This document shows, one piece after another, positions 50,448 to 59,613 of a stretch of 64,000 nt of DNA. Position 1 is the first letter of the stretch. The number at the start of each line of letters is the position of its first letter. Source of the DNA: Thiobacillus sp. (lineage in GTDB: Bacteria > Pseudomonadota > Gammaproteobacteria > Burkholderiales > Thiobacillaceae); the NCBI GenBank assembly GCA_018263115.1, contig JADFDC010000007.1, positions 36,638 to 100,637 of the forward strand. The letters run 5' to 3'. The position numbers and the translations under genes were made by a program. Under the pieces are notes generated by a model. That model did not search any database and was not told where the DNA came from. It saw nothing but the letters and a program-made list of their open reading frames with translations.

Positions 50448-53400
50448 GTGCTCGCGCGTCTGACAAAAATTCTGTTGAGCCTGCCGTTTCTGATTGCGGC
50501 GGGCATCTTTGGCGCTTATCTCGTATTCGGGTTTTTTCTGGTTGATCCGGTGGCGAAGAAGTTGCTGCCGTGGATAGGCGAGAAGAAACTTGCTAGCCAG
50601 CTCGGTGTGCAGAAAGTCGAGTTCAATCCGCTGACGCTGGAATCAACGGTACAAGGCCTGAAGCTCGCCGAGAAATCCGGCAAGCCGCTGGCAGGCTTCG
50701 ACCGGCTGTATGTGAATCTGGACATCACCGGCCTGTTCCGCTTCGCCTGGCGCATTCAGGATGTTCAGATTACCGGGCCGCGCGCAAATTTTGTCGTGCA
50801 GCCGGGCGGCAAACTCAACTGGCAGGCGTTGATCAACAAACTCAATGAGGACAAGGAACCGCCCAAGGACACGATGCCGCGCGTATTGATCGATCACATC
50901 AAGATCGAAAAGGGCGACATCGATTACACCGACGCCAATCGAACGGGTGAGCCCTTCAAGGTCAGCCTGACACCGCTGGGCATCGAACTGGACGGGCTTT
51001 CCACGCTGCCGGAAGATCGCGGCAATTATCTGATCGCAGCCAAACTGCCCGAGCAGGGCGGCACGCTCAAATGGAAGGGCGACGTGTCGCTCAATCCGGT
51101 CAAGTCGGATGGCGAAGTGGCGCTGGAGGGCGTGAGCCTGCCCAATCTGCTGCGCGTCATCAAGACGCCACGGAATTTCGAATTGCCATCCGGCACGCTG
51201 GCGGCGGGTACGCGCTACCGCTTTGCGCTCGTGAAGGATAAAAGCGGCCCGGACAAATCCGGCAAACCCAAACCCGATCAGCCCTGGGTGCAGATCAACG
51301 GCGCGAACCTCATCATGCAGAATCTGGCGCTGGCACCACGCGGTGGTGGCGAGCGGGTGTTCGAACTTGCAGAAGCCAAAATCGAAAACGCCAACCTCGA
51401 TCTGTTCAAGCGCAGCATCAGTGTGGCAGCCGTTTCTCTGACCGGCGGGAAACTTGCAGCAACACGCGAAGTCAACGGCAAGCTGGACTGGCAAAGCCTG
51501 TTCGCCATTGCAGAAGACGCGCCGCCGCCACCCGCCAAACCAGAAACCAAACCGAAGTCGGACACGGCGTCCGTTCAGCCCTGGAAAATTGGCGTGCAGA
51601 GTATTCAGCTTGGCGACTGGTCCGCGCGTTTTACCGACAAGGGATTTTCCACACCGCTGCGTGTCGAGGCATCCGGATTCGAACTCAACGCTAAACTTGA
51701 AGGCGAGGTTGGAGAGAAACCCGTCATCGTCGTGGGCCCGGTCAATGCAGGCCTTGGTCTGGTGAAAGTGTTTTCCGGCGCGGAGAATGTCGCGCAACTC
51801 GACCAGTCACGGCTGATCAATGCGAATTTCGCCCTGGCCGAGAAAAAACTGGGCATCGATGCGGTTGAATTATCCGGCGCAAAAACTGCCGTGATGCTGG
51901 ACAAGAACAGGCAAATCAACTGGAACGCCATTCTGGCGAAGCATCCCAATGCGCCTGCCGCCCAGCCAGCTTCCGTTGCTGCCAGCCCGGCTTCGCCGGG
52001 GCTGGACATGCATCTCGGAAAACTGGGCATCGATGACGTGCAAGTCGCGGTGACGGATGATTCCACGCCCACGCCGGTCAAGCTCGATATCGTCAATGGT
52101 CGCGCGCAGCTGCGTGACCTGAGCCTGGATTTGAACAAGCCCGTGCCGGTCGAGGCGGGCCTGTCCATCAAACAGGGAGGATCGTTCAAGGCCAGCGGCA
52201 GCGTCATACCCGGCAAGGCCAGCGGCAAGCTCAATCTCAAACTGGCGGACCTGGCGTTCAAGCCATTCGCGCCCTACGTCAATCAGGTGGCGCGCCTGAA
52301 GCTGCAAACGGGTTCACTGTCTTCCAGCGGCAAACTGGGTTTCGCCAAGGGCAAGGACACGATGAAGCTGAATTACGACGGCGGCTTTGCCGTGAACACG
52401 CTGGCCATTACCGAGGAAGATACCGATGAAGCCTTTCTGGGCTGGGAGAAACTTTCCTCCGACAGCCTTGAATTCAATCTTGGGCCCAACAGCCTGCACA
52501 TGAGCGAGCTGGTGGCGGTCAAACCCTTTGGCAAGGTCATCATTTTTGAAGACAGGACGATCAACCTGAAGCGCATTTTGCGGTCCAGCGAACCAGCGAA
52601 GCCAGTTGAAGCCACGGAAGAAGGCAAGCCGGCGGAAGAAGCGGAAACGGCTGCAGCAGAAGTCACACCGGCGCCCGCTTCAACGGCAGTTGCATCGGAC
52701 AGCGACAAGAAAGCTGATTTTCCGCTGGCCATTGAACGCCTGCGCATCGATGAAGCCAAGGCCGAGTTTGCAGACCTTTCGCTGACGCCTCAATTCGGCA
52801 CACGCATGCATTCTCTGAGCGGAGTCGTGACGGGGCTGTCGACCGATCCCGCAACCTTCGCGCAAGTGGAGCTGGACGGCAAGGTAGATGAATACGGCTC
52901 GGCGCGAGTGCGCGGCTCGATTCAGCCTTTCAAGGCTACTGAATTCACCGACCTGAAACTCTCCTTCCATAATCTGGAGATGACCAATCTCACGCCTTAT
53001 TCGGGCAAGTTCGCGGGAAGGAGAATAGATTCCGGCAAGCTGTCGGTCGACCTCGAGTACAAGATCAAAAACCGCCAGTTGGCGGGCGAGAACAAGTTCG
53101 TTATCAACAAGCTGAAACTGGGCGAACGGGTCGACAGCAAGGACGCAATGAAACTGCCACTCGATCTGGCCATAGCCTTGCTGGAAGACAGCAACGGTGT
53201 CATCGACCTTGACCTGCCGATTTCCGGCAGTCTCGACGACCCAAAATTCAGTTACGGCAAGATCATCTGGAAAGCCATTGTCAATGTGCTGACCAAACTG
53301 GTGACCGCGCCTTTCCGCGCGCTGGGCAAACTGCTTGGCGTGAGCTCTGAAAAGCTGGAAGGCGTAACATTCGATCCCGGCAGCAGCAAGCTCCTGCCGC

Positions 53401-54065
53401 CGGAGCAGGAGAAACTGAAAATGCTTGCCGAGGCCATGGCAAAACGTCCCGCGCTGACGCTAACTCTCGAGCCGGGCTTCGATCCGGTTCTTGATCGCCG
53501 CGCCCTGCAGGAACAAGCCATGCGCCGTGAAGCCGCGGCTGTGGCGGGACTCAAGCTCGCGGCTAACGAGGCGCCAGGGCCCGTCGATGTGAACCTGTAC
53601 AAAATACAGACCTGGCTGGAGGATCGCTATATTGATCGCGCTGGCAAGGAAGATTACAAAAAACTGCGCGCCAGTTTCCAGGACAAGAATGCCAGCGCTG
53701 CCGCGCGCATGATGGAAAGCGAGGCGGTCGAGCGCATGGCCCGCCGGTTCAAGACCCGCGACCCCGGCCCGGCCTCAGCCTTCCATGCGGAATTGCTGGA
53801 GAGGCTGACGCAAAAAACCGCCATCGACGATAGTGAATTGAACAAGCTGGCACAAGCGCGCGGTCAGGCCATGCGCGAAGAACTCGTCAAGCGTGGTCTG
53901 GATGCGGGGCGGGTCAGCAGCGGGAATCCGGTCAAGCAGGAGGCCAAGGACAAACAAGTGGGCAGCAAGATGAACCTTGGTGTCGGCAAGAAAGCGGCGG
54001 CGGAACCACAAGGACCAGATTTGCCGGCCGTGCCTTCTGCTCCCGCGGTTCCGGTCTCACGCTGA
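50448..54065 (+). CDS. very large (1205 aa) N-terminally anchored envelope protein, DUF748/AsmA-like
   Basis: Single N-terminal TM segment followed by long beta-rich repeats with recurring ...L.L..... G.LNW pattern and a conserved C-terminal block (DL..PISGSLDDPKFSYGKIIWKA). The assignment is by recollection of DUF748 proteins, not by search. Confidence 0.65.
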   Translation: MLARLTKILLSLPFLIAAGIFGAYLVFGFFLVDPVAKKLLPWIGEKKLASQLGVQKVEFNPLTLESTVQGLKLAEKSGKPLAGFDRLYVNLDITGLFRFAWRIQDVQITGPRANFVVQPGGKLNWQALINKLNEDKEPPKDTMPRVLIDHIKIEKGDIDYTDANRTGEPFKVSLTPLGIELDGLSTLPEDRGNYLIAAKLPEQGGTLKWKGDVSLNPVKSDGEVALEGVSLPNLLRVIKTPRNFELPSGTLAAGTRYRFALVKDKSGPDKSGKPKPDQPWVQINGANLIMQNLALAPRGGGERVFELAEAKIENANLDLFKRSISVAAVSLTGGKLAATREVNGKLDWQSLFAIAEDAPPPPAKPETKPKSDTASVQPWKIGVQSIQLGDWSARFTDKGFSTPLRVEASGFELNAKLEGEVGEKPVIVVGPVNAGLGLVKVFSGAENVAQLDQSRLINANFALAEKKLGIDAVELSGAKTAVMLDKNRQINWNAILAKHPNAPAAQPASVAASPASPGLDMHLGKLGIDDVQVAVTDDSTPTPVKLDIVNGRAQLRDLSLDLNKPVPVEAGLSIKQGGSFKASGSVIPGKASGKLNLKLADLAFKPFAPYVNQVARLKLQTGSLSSSGKLGFAKGKDTMKLNYDGGFAVNTLAITEEDTDEAFLGWEKLSSDSLEFNLGPNSLHMSELVAVKPFGKVIIFEDRTINLKRILRSSEPAKPVEATEEGKPAEEAETAAAEVTPAPASTAVASDSDKKADFPLAIERLRIDEAKAEFADLSLTPQFGTRMHSLSGVVTGLSTDPATFAQVELDGKVDEYGSARVRGSIQPFKATEFTDLKLSFHNLEMTNLTPYSGKFAGRRIDSGKLSVDLEYKIKNRQLAGENKFVINKLKLGERVDSKDAMKLPLDLAIALLEDSNGVIDLDLPISGSLDDPKFSYGKIIWKAIVNVLTKLVTAPFRALGKLLGVSSEKLEGVTFDPGSSKLLPPEQEKLKMLAEAMAKRPALTLTLEPGFDPVLDRRALQEQAMRREAAAVAGLKLAANEAPGPVDVNLYKIQTWLEDRYIDRAGKEDYKKLRASFQDKNASAAARMMESEAVERMARRFKTRDPGPASAFHAELLERLTQKTAIDDSELNKLAQARGQAMREELVKRGLDAGRVSSGNPVKQEAKDKQVGSKMNLGVGKKAAAEPQGPDLPAVPSAPAVPVSR

Positions 54066-54155
54066 CTTTTTTCATTTCGTTCGAGGCCTGTCCAGCTGAT
54101 TCAAGCCTGACAGCGTCGTGCCGATAACTTCAAACCTTTATCATCTGGCGCACTC

Positions 54156-54956
54156 ATGTCCTTCCGTCGAATCCGTATTCTTGTTCTGTTCGGCCTGCTT
54201 GCAATGGTGGCGCTGGTTCATTTTGGCGAACAGTTCCTGGTGCGCAGCTGGCGCGCGCCGCTGCAGGTGGCCATCGTGCCGATCAATGGCGATGACAGCG
54301 AGGCCGTGGCTGACTATATCCGCCAGTTGAACGAAGAAAAATTTGCCGAGATCAATACGTTTCTGGAGAAGCAGGCCGGCCGCTATGGCTTGAAGCTGAA
54401 CAATGCGCTGGACATGAAGCTGGCGCCTGAAGCGCACGAGATTCCGCCGGCCCCGCCCTATGGCGGTAATGGCCTGCAGGTTGCCTGGTGGAGCCTGAAG
54501 CTCAGAATCTGGGCCTGGCGCCAGGAAAAAACCGGCTTTCTGCCGCATCCGGCAAAGGTGAGAATTTTCCTGATCTATCACGATGTTGCAACGGACAAGG
54601 CGCTGGACCATTCACTGGGCCTGCAAAAAGGGTTGGTCGGCGTGGTGCATGTTTTTGCCAGCGAAGCGCAGCGTCAACAGAACAACGTAGTGATCGCACA
54701 CGAACTGCTGCATACCCTGGGCGCAACAGACAAGTACGATCCGGCAACCAGTCTGCCCATCCATCCCATTGGCTACGCGGAACCCGACAAGCAGCCCCTG
54801 CACCCGCAATACGAGGCGGAAATCATGGCCGGGCGGACAGCCAAAACGGCGGAGTATGCGGAGATGCCAAAAAGTCTGGACAAGTGTGTGATTGGCCCGG
54901 ACACGGCGCACGAGATCAACTTCAGCGGCGCTTTTACCAGCCAGTTCCTGCGCTGA
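54156..54956 (+). CDS. membrane-anchored hypothetical protein with HExxH motif
   Basis: N-terminal TM segment and IAHELLHTLGATDKYD (HExxH plus downstream D). It starts 90 nt after the DUF748 gene on the same strand. Confidence 0.55.
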   Translation: MSFRRIRILVLFGLLAMVALVHFGEQFLVRSWRAPLQVAIVPINGDDSEAVADYIRQLNEEKFAEINTFLEKQAGRYGLKLNNALDMKLAPEAHEIPPAPPYGGNGLQVAWWSLKLRIWAWRQEKTGFLPHPAKVRIFLIYHDVATDKALDHSLGLQKGLVGVVHVFASEAQRQQNNVVIAHELLHTLGATDKYDPATSLPIHPIGYAEPDKQPLHPQYEAEIMAGRTAKTAEYAEMPKSLDKCVIGPDTAHEINFSGAFTSQFLR

Positions 54957-54978
54957 GGCAACCGCGCGGCTTAAAGGC

Positions 54979-55542
54979 TTATTGTCCCGCGCGCGGACGG
55001 ATGGCCGACTTGGGACGAAAGGCTTCCACCCGTCCAGGATGGGTTTCGATATATGGGCCGCCGATCAGGTCGATGCAATACGGTACAGCAGCAAACACGC
55101 CATCCAGCGTTTCGCCAATGGCCTTGGGCTGGCCGGGCAGATTAAGGATCAGGCAACTGCCGCGCACCACGCCCACTTGCCTTGAAAGAATCGCAGTCGG
55201 CACAAATTTGAGCGATACCGCGCGCATGGCTTCGCCGAAACCTGGCAGTTCGCGATCCGCAACGGCAAGCGTTGCCTCCGGTGTCACGTCGCGGGGCGCG
55301 GGGCCGGTGCCGCCCGTGGTCAGAATCAGCGCGCATTGCGCCTTGTCGGCCAGCTCTTTAAGCGTGGATTCAATCAATGGCTGTTCGTCAGGAATCAGGC
55401 GTTCGACTATCGTCATGGGGTTGGCAATTATGCGGCCAAGCCATTCTTTCAGGGCGGGCAGGCCCTTGTCTTCGTATTCTCCGCTGGAGGCCCGGTCGGA
55501 AATGGAGATCAGACCAATCGTAATCGTATCGTAGTCACGCAT
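54979..55542 (-). CDS. mog: molybdopterin adenylyltransferase Mog
   Basis: Near-colinear with E. coli Mog (IGL.SISDRASSG.Y.DKG.PAL..WL ... TTGGTGPA.RDVTP.ATLAVADRE.PGFGE.MR..SL.FVPTAILSRQ). Confidence 0.9.
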   Translation of the reverse strand: MRDYDTITIGLISISDRASSGEYEDKGLPALKEWLGRIIANPMTIVERLIPDEQPLIESTLKELADKAQCALILTTGGTGPAPRDVTPEATLAVADRELPGFGEAMRAVSLKFVPTAILSRQVGVVRGSCLILNLPGQPKAIGETLDGVFAAVPYCIDLIGGPYIETHPGRVEAFRPKSAIRPRAGQ

Positions 55543-55640
55543 GAATAAAGCGTCTGGTGTTGTGCAGGCTGGAATGTATCAGATAAGAAATTTGTGTGGG
55601 TTGACTGAGTGATGAAAATCGCAGCAGTTTTTCAAGCCTG

Positions 55641-56606
55641 TCAGATCCAGCCACGATTTCGCAATCGCCTGTAAAGCCAGATGGCACCCACTGCGGTGCC
55701 TGCCACGACAACCGGATAAGCCCAGGGCCAGTGCAGCTCGGGCATGATGTCAAAGTTCATGCCGTAGAGTGAAAATATCACCGTGGGGATGGCAAGTATT
55801 GCGCCCCAGCCCGCCAGTTTCTGCACGGATTCGCTTTGCTGCAGGGTCAGCGAAGCCAGATGAAACTGCATGGCATCCGATGCGGACACACGAAGCACAT
55901 CGATGGCCGTAGTCACGCGCGTGGCGTGATCAAGCACATCCCGGTAATACGCTTTCAATTCCTTGGTGACTAATTGAGGGTGAAGACGAATCAGGTCCTG
56001 CAAAATCGCCTGCATGGGTTCGGCTGCATCGCGCAGCAGGCTGAGTTCGCGCTTGACCCGGTAAAGTTTCTCCAGATCGGTGCGATCCAGCACATCGTTG
56101 AGCAGCACGTTTTCCAGCGATCGAAAACGGTCGTGCAGCGCATTGACGACGGATTGGTAATGGTCGGTGATCTGGTCAAGCACGGCATACAGGCCAAATG
56201 GCGCGCTTGGCGGAATGCCGTCAGGCCTGGCAAGCCGGTCTCGCACTTTGGCGAATGACAATCCGCCGCCATGCCGGATCGAAGTGACGAAGTTACGGCC
56301 GGCAAAGAAATGCGCCTCCCCCATCTGCAGATGACCATCCCACAGTTCCGCTGTTCGGGTGCTGATGAAAAGATGGTCGCCGTATTCCTCCAGCTTCGGG
56401 CGCTGGTGCGTCGTGACGGCATCTTCCAGCGCCAGCTCATGCAGGCCAAGCTCTTCGCCCAATTGCTCCAGCTGGGCGTAATCCGGGTCGCGCAGTTCTA
56501 TCCAGATGAAAACCGACGCGTCGTTGATGAAATCGCTGACATCCCGCAAGGGAATTTCCCTCGGCGGCTTGCCTTGGTGATGAATGATGCAGGTTGAGTT
56601 GCTCAT
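55641..56606 (-). CDS. corA: magnesium/cobalt transporter CorA
   Basis: C-terminal two TM segments with the YGMNF signature. Confidence 0.9.
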   Translation of the reverse strand: MSNSTCIIHHQGKPPREIPLRDVSDFINDASVFIWIELRDPDYAQLEQLGEELGLHELALEDAVTTHQRPKLEEYGDHLFISTRTAELWDGHLQMGEAHFFAGRNFVTSIRHGGGLSFAKVRDRLARPDGIPPSAPFGLYAVLDQITDHYQSVVNALHDRFRSLENVLLNDVLDRTDLEKLYRVKRELSLLRDAAEPMQAILQDLIRLHPQLVTKELKAYYRDVLDHATRVTTAIDVLRVSASDAMQFHLASLTLQQSESVQKLAGWGAILAIPTVIFSLYGMNFDIMPELHWPWAYPVVVAGTAVGAIWLYRRLRNRGWI

Positions 56607-56657
56607 GTGCGTACTGACTTGAAGGGTGGCATGGTTGGTAACCAGAACCGGTGCTGA

Positions 56658-58853
56658 TCAGGTTTTTGTCTGGTTCAGGAAGGCCGGTATTTTATCGGCA
56701 TCGATAGGCTGGCTGAAATGGAAGCCCTGCGCCTGATGGCAGCGCATGGTTTTAAGTTTCTGGAGGATTTCCACGCTTTCCACGCCTTCTGCCACAACCT
56801 GCAAACCAAGATTCTCGCCTAATTGAATGGTGGAATGCACGATCGCGCTCAATCTTGGATCGCGGATCATTTTCTGTACAAAGCTTTTGTCGATTTTAAG
56901 TGTGTCGATCGGCATGCGGCTAAGGTGGGTGAGAGAAGAAAACCCCACGCCAAAGTCATCCAGTCCGAAGTTGATGCCGTGCTGCGCAAGTTCTTCCATG
57001 GTTGCCAGCGCCCGCTCGGGATCGTGAATGAATGCCGTTTCAGTGACTTCAAGCTCCAATCTGTCAGGTGGCATGCCGCAGGTAACCAGCTGAGAGAGAA
57101 GCGCCTCGGCCCAGCCCTGACTCATCAACATCTGCGGAGACAGGTTGATGGCGATATGCAGATCGTGACCCGCGTTCTTCCATTCCTGCCATTGCGCGCA
57201 GACAACCCGGAGCATGTGCAGGGTCAGCGGCCGGATCAGATCGGATAGTTCGGCAAGCGGAATGAACTCTTCCGGATCAATGGGACCAAATTCCGGGTGA
57301 TTCCAGCGGGCGAGCGCTTCCACGCCAATGACGCTATTGTTGTCGATCTCCAGTTTTGGCTGATAGGCGACAGTTACTTCACCCTGCTCCACCGCGCGAA
57401 CCAGATCGTGCATCAGGGTCAATCGCCGTGGCGTGTGGCGGTCCTTGGATGGATCATAAAGACGGTAATGGCTGTCCGATTTGGCGTGATACAGGGCCAC
57501 ATCCGCGCGGCGCATCAGGGTTGAAACATCCGCGCCATGTTCCGGAAACAAACTGGCGCCAAGGCTGCCCTGTACCGCCAGGCGGACACCGCGACAGACC
57601 ACCGGCCGCGCCAGCGCCTGACGGAATGTCGCGGCGTAACCAGCCAGTTGTTCGGGTGAGCCGGGGTTTTCTATCAGCAGGCCAAACTCATCACCACCCA
57701 GCCGGGCCAGCGCGCTGCCGATGGGCAGCAGTTCGGTCAAACGCTGACCCAGTTCCACCAGCAACTGGTCACCAAGCTCGTGTCCCAGGGTGTCATTGAT
57801 TTCCTTGAACTGGTCGAGGTCAGCAAGAATCAGCGCAAAAGGCCTGGGCGACTGGCGGATGCGATCCTCGATCATGTTGCGGAACCAGAGCCGGTTGGGC
57901 AGACCGGTCAAACGATCGTGCATGGCCTGGTACTCGATATGCTTGAGCAGCTTCTCGCGTTCATGGCCTTCCAGGATCAGCGTCACCACATCCGCCACGG
58001 ACGCGGCGAAATGCTGTTCATCCAGCGTCCAGGTTCGAGAAGGCCCCACCTGCTCGTGGCAGACCACGCCTATGGTTTCGCCCTTGCGGCGGATTGAAGC
58101 TTCCAGCATGGATGAGATGCCGAGGAACTTCAGGTATTTTTCGTTCAGTTCCTGCGTGCGATGGTCGGTCGGCGCATAGGAAACCGCGAGTGCTCGGCTT
58201 TTGGAGAGCGCGTCAAAATATCTCGGGTACTCGTCCGCACGCAGAACGATGCATTGCGCATGATCGTTCCGGCTTTTCAGGTAAAGGTCATGGCATTGCA
58301 GGGTGCGCTTGTCGTCGCTGAACAGCCAGATGCTGACGCGCTCCACATCCAGCGTCTGCGCGGCTTTTTCGGTAATGCGCTGGAAGGCGTCATCTAGGGG
58401 CAGCGAGTCAATCCGGTCCTCGGCCAGCAGATCGAACAGCGCGGATTGCTGCGAGCGCATGCGCCGCTCGGATACAACCACTGGCGGCACCTCCTGCGCC
58501 ATGCCGATGACGGCAACGGGATTGTTGTCCGCGTCACGCTGCAATTCTCCACGAATGGCGAACCATCGAGTTTGCCCCGACGTGCCGTTAATGCGGACTT
58601 CGGTCTCGATCAGGGTTTGATCCGGTGGCGCCGATTTGACCGAGGCCAGAACCTGATCCCGGTCATGCGGATTCAGGATATCCAGCAGGCTGTCGATGCG
58701 TCCGTCAAATCGGCCGGGGGGAAATCCAAGCAGCGCTTCCAGGTTGGGCGAAAGCGTAATGGTCCGCGCCTGCACGCGCCACTCGAACACGCCGGCATGC
58801 GTGGCCGTAAGCGCGGCATTGAGAAAGGCATTGTCCTGGGAAAGGGTTGGCAT
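56658..58853 (-). CDS. PAS-GAF-GGDEF-EAL signalling protein (c-di-GMP turnover)
   Basis: GGDEF motif (RLGGDEFGL) and EAL domain (EALARW ... DDFG.G.SSL..L), with N-terminal PAS-like and GAF-like regions. Confidence 0.9.
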   Translation of the reverse strand: MPTLSQDNAFLNAALTATHAGVFEWRVQARTITLSPNLEALLGFPPGRFDGRIDSLLDILNPHDRDQVLASVKSAPPDQTLIETEVRINGTSGQTRWFAIRGELQRDADNNPVAVIGMAQEVPPVVVSERRMRSQQSALFDLLAEDRIDSLPLDDAFQRITEKAAQTLDVERVSIWLFSDDKRTLQCHDLYLKSRNDHAQCIVLRADEYPRYFDALSKSRALAVSYAPTDHRTQELNEKYLKFLGISSMLEASIRRKGETIGVVCHEQVGPSRTWTLDEQHFAASVADVVTLILEGHEREKLLKHIEYQAMHDRLTGLPNRLWFRNMIEDRIRQSPRPFALILADLDQFKEINDTLGHELGDQLLVELGQRLTELLPIGSALARLGGDEFGLLIENPGSPEQLAGYAATFRQALARPVVCRGVRLAVQGSLGASLFPEHGADVSTLMRRADVALYHAKSDSHYRLYDPSKDRHTPRRLTLMHDLVRAVEQGEVTVAYQPKLEIDNNSVIGVEALARWNHPEFGPIDPEEFIPLAELSDLIRPLTLHMLRVVCAQWQEWKNAGHDLHIAINLSPQMLMSQGWAEALLSQLVTCGMPPDRLELEVTETAFIHDPERALATMEELAQHGINFGLDDFGVGFSSLTHLSRMPIDTLKIDKSFVQKMIRDPRLSAIVHSTIQLGENLGLQVVAEGVESVEILQKLKTMRCHQAQGFHFSQPIDADKIPAFLNQTKT

Positions 58854-58969
58854 GGCGCCTAATTTAACACCGGATGGAATATCAAGTGTGACGGCCTGTC
58901 GGAATCGGACAAGCAGATTACTTGCTCAAGTCCGGCAAAGGCTGGTATCCAGTTCAGCCAAAAAGCAGC

Positions 58970-59242
58970 TCAGGAGATATGGTAGTGCTTTCGTATCGGC
59001 TCGATGATGTGCCACATGCAGCGCAGGTCCGACCCAAACGTGACCAGGTCGCCCGCCTGGATTTCCATGGGCGGGCCGCCCTCAGGCGTCACCACCGCCT
59101 TGCCCTCAAGGATATAACTGATTTCCTCTTCGTAATAAACCCACGGGAACGTGGAAGATTCCTTCTCCCAGATGGGCCAGCCAAAAACGCCCATCGCATC
59201 AAGTTTTTCCTTGGCTGGCTTGTGCTCGACCTGGATATCCAT
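58970..59242 (-). CDS. small cupin (cupin_3/DUF861-like) protein
   Basis: 90 aa with W..W......F.W.Y...E..Y.LEG...V.P.GG....I..GD.V.F, a typical single-domain cupin. Confidence 0.75.
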   Translation of the reverse strand: MDIQVEHKPAKEKLDAMGVFGWPIWEKESSTFPWVYYEEEISYILEGKAVVTPEGGPPMEIQAGDLVTFGSDLRCMWHIIEPIRKHYHIS

Positions 59243-59337
59243 GGTTGTCTCCCCTGTTCAGGTGGTGTTTTATGTTTTCCATCTTAGGACAGAAAAGGAG
59301 AGGATTCGAGGCCGTTCTCGACCGGCGGCATCAATAA

Positions 59338-59573
59338 TCCTAGAAACCGCAGTTGACCGCTTGCATCTGACTGAAGAAGCCCATGATCATTAAGTTTCCC
59401 GACTCTATTCACGATCACCGATTGGGTGAGAACGCTACGCACCCGCTGGCACATCCAGCCAAGCGGCTGCCTGTGTCGCTCCTCCTTGCAGGCATGAGCC
59501 TGCCGCGTCATCGCTTCGTGGCATCCACTCGTCTGAACGCGCCATCGGGCGCGTCCAACTGCGGTTTCAAGGA
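59338..59573 (+). mobile_element. MITE-like non-coding element, copy B (same family and orientation as 19799-20036)
   Basis: The left end TCCTAGAAACCGCAGTTGAC is the inverted complement of the right end GTCCAACTGCGGTTTCAAGGA. TAA lies at 59335-37 and 59574-76. Confidence 0.6.
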
Positions 59574-59613
59574 TAATTCGAGAAGCCGGGCCGGATCGGC
59601 TGTTTTCTTACAA

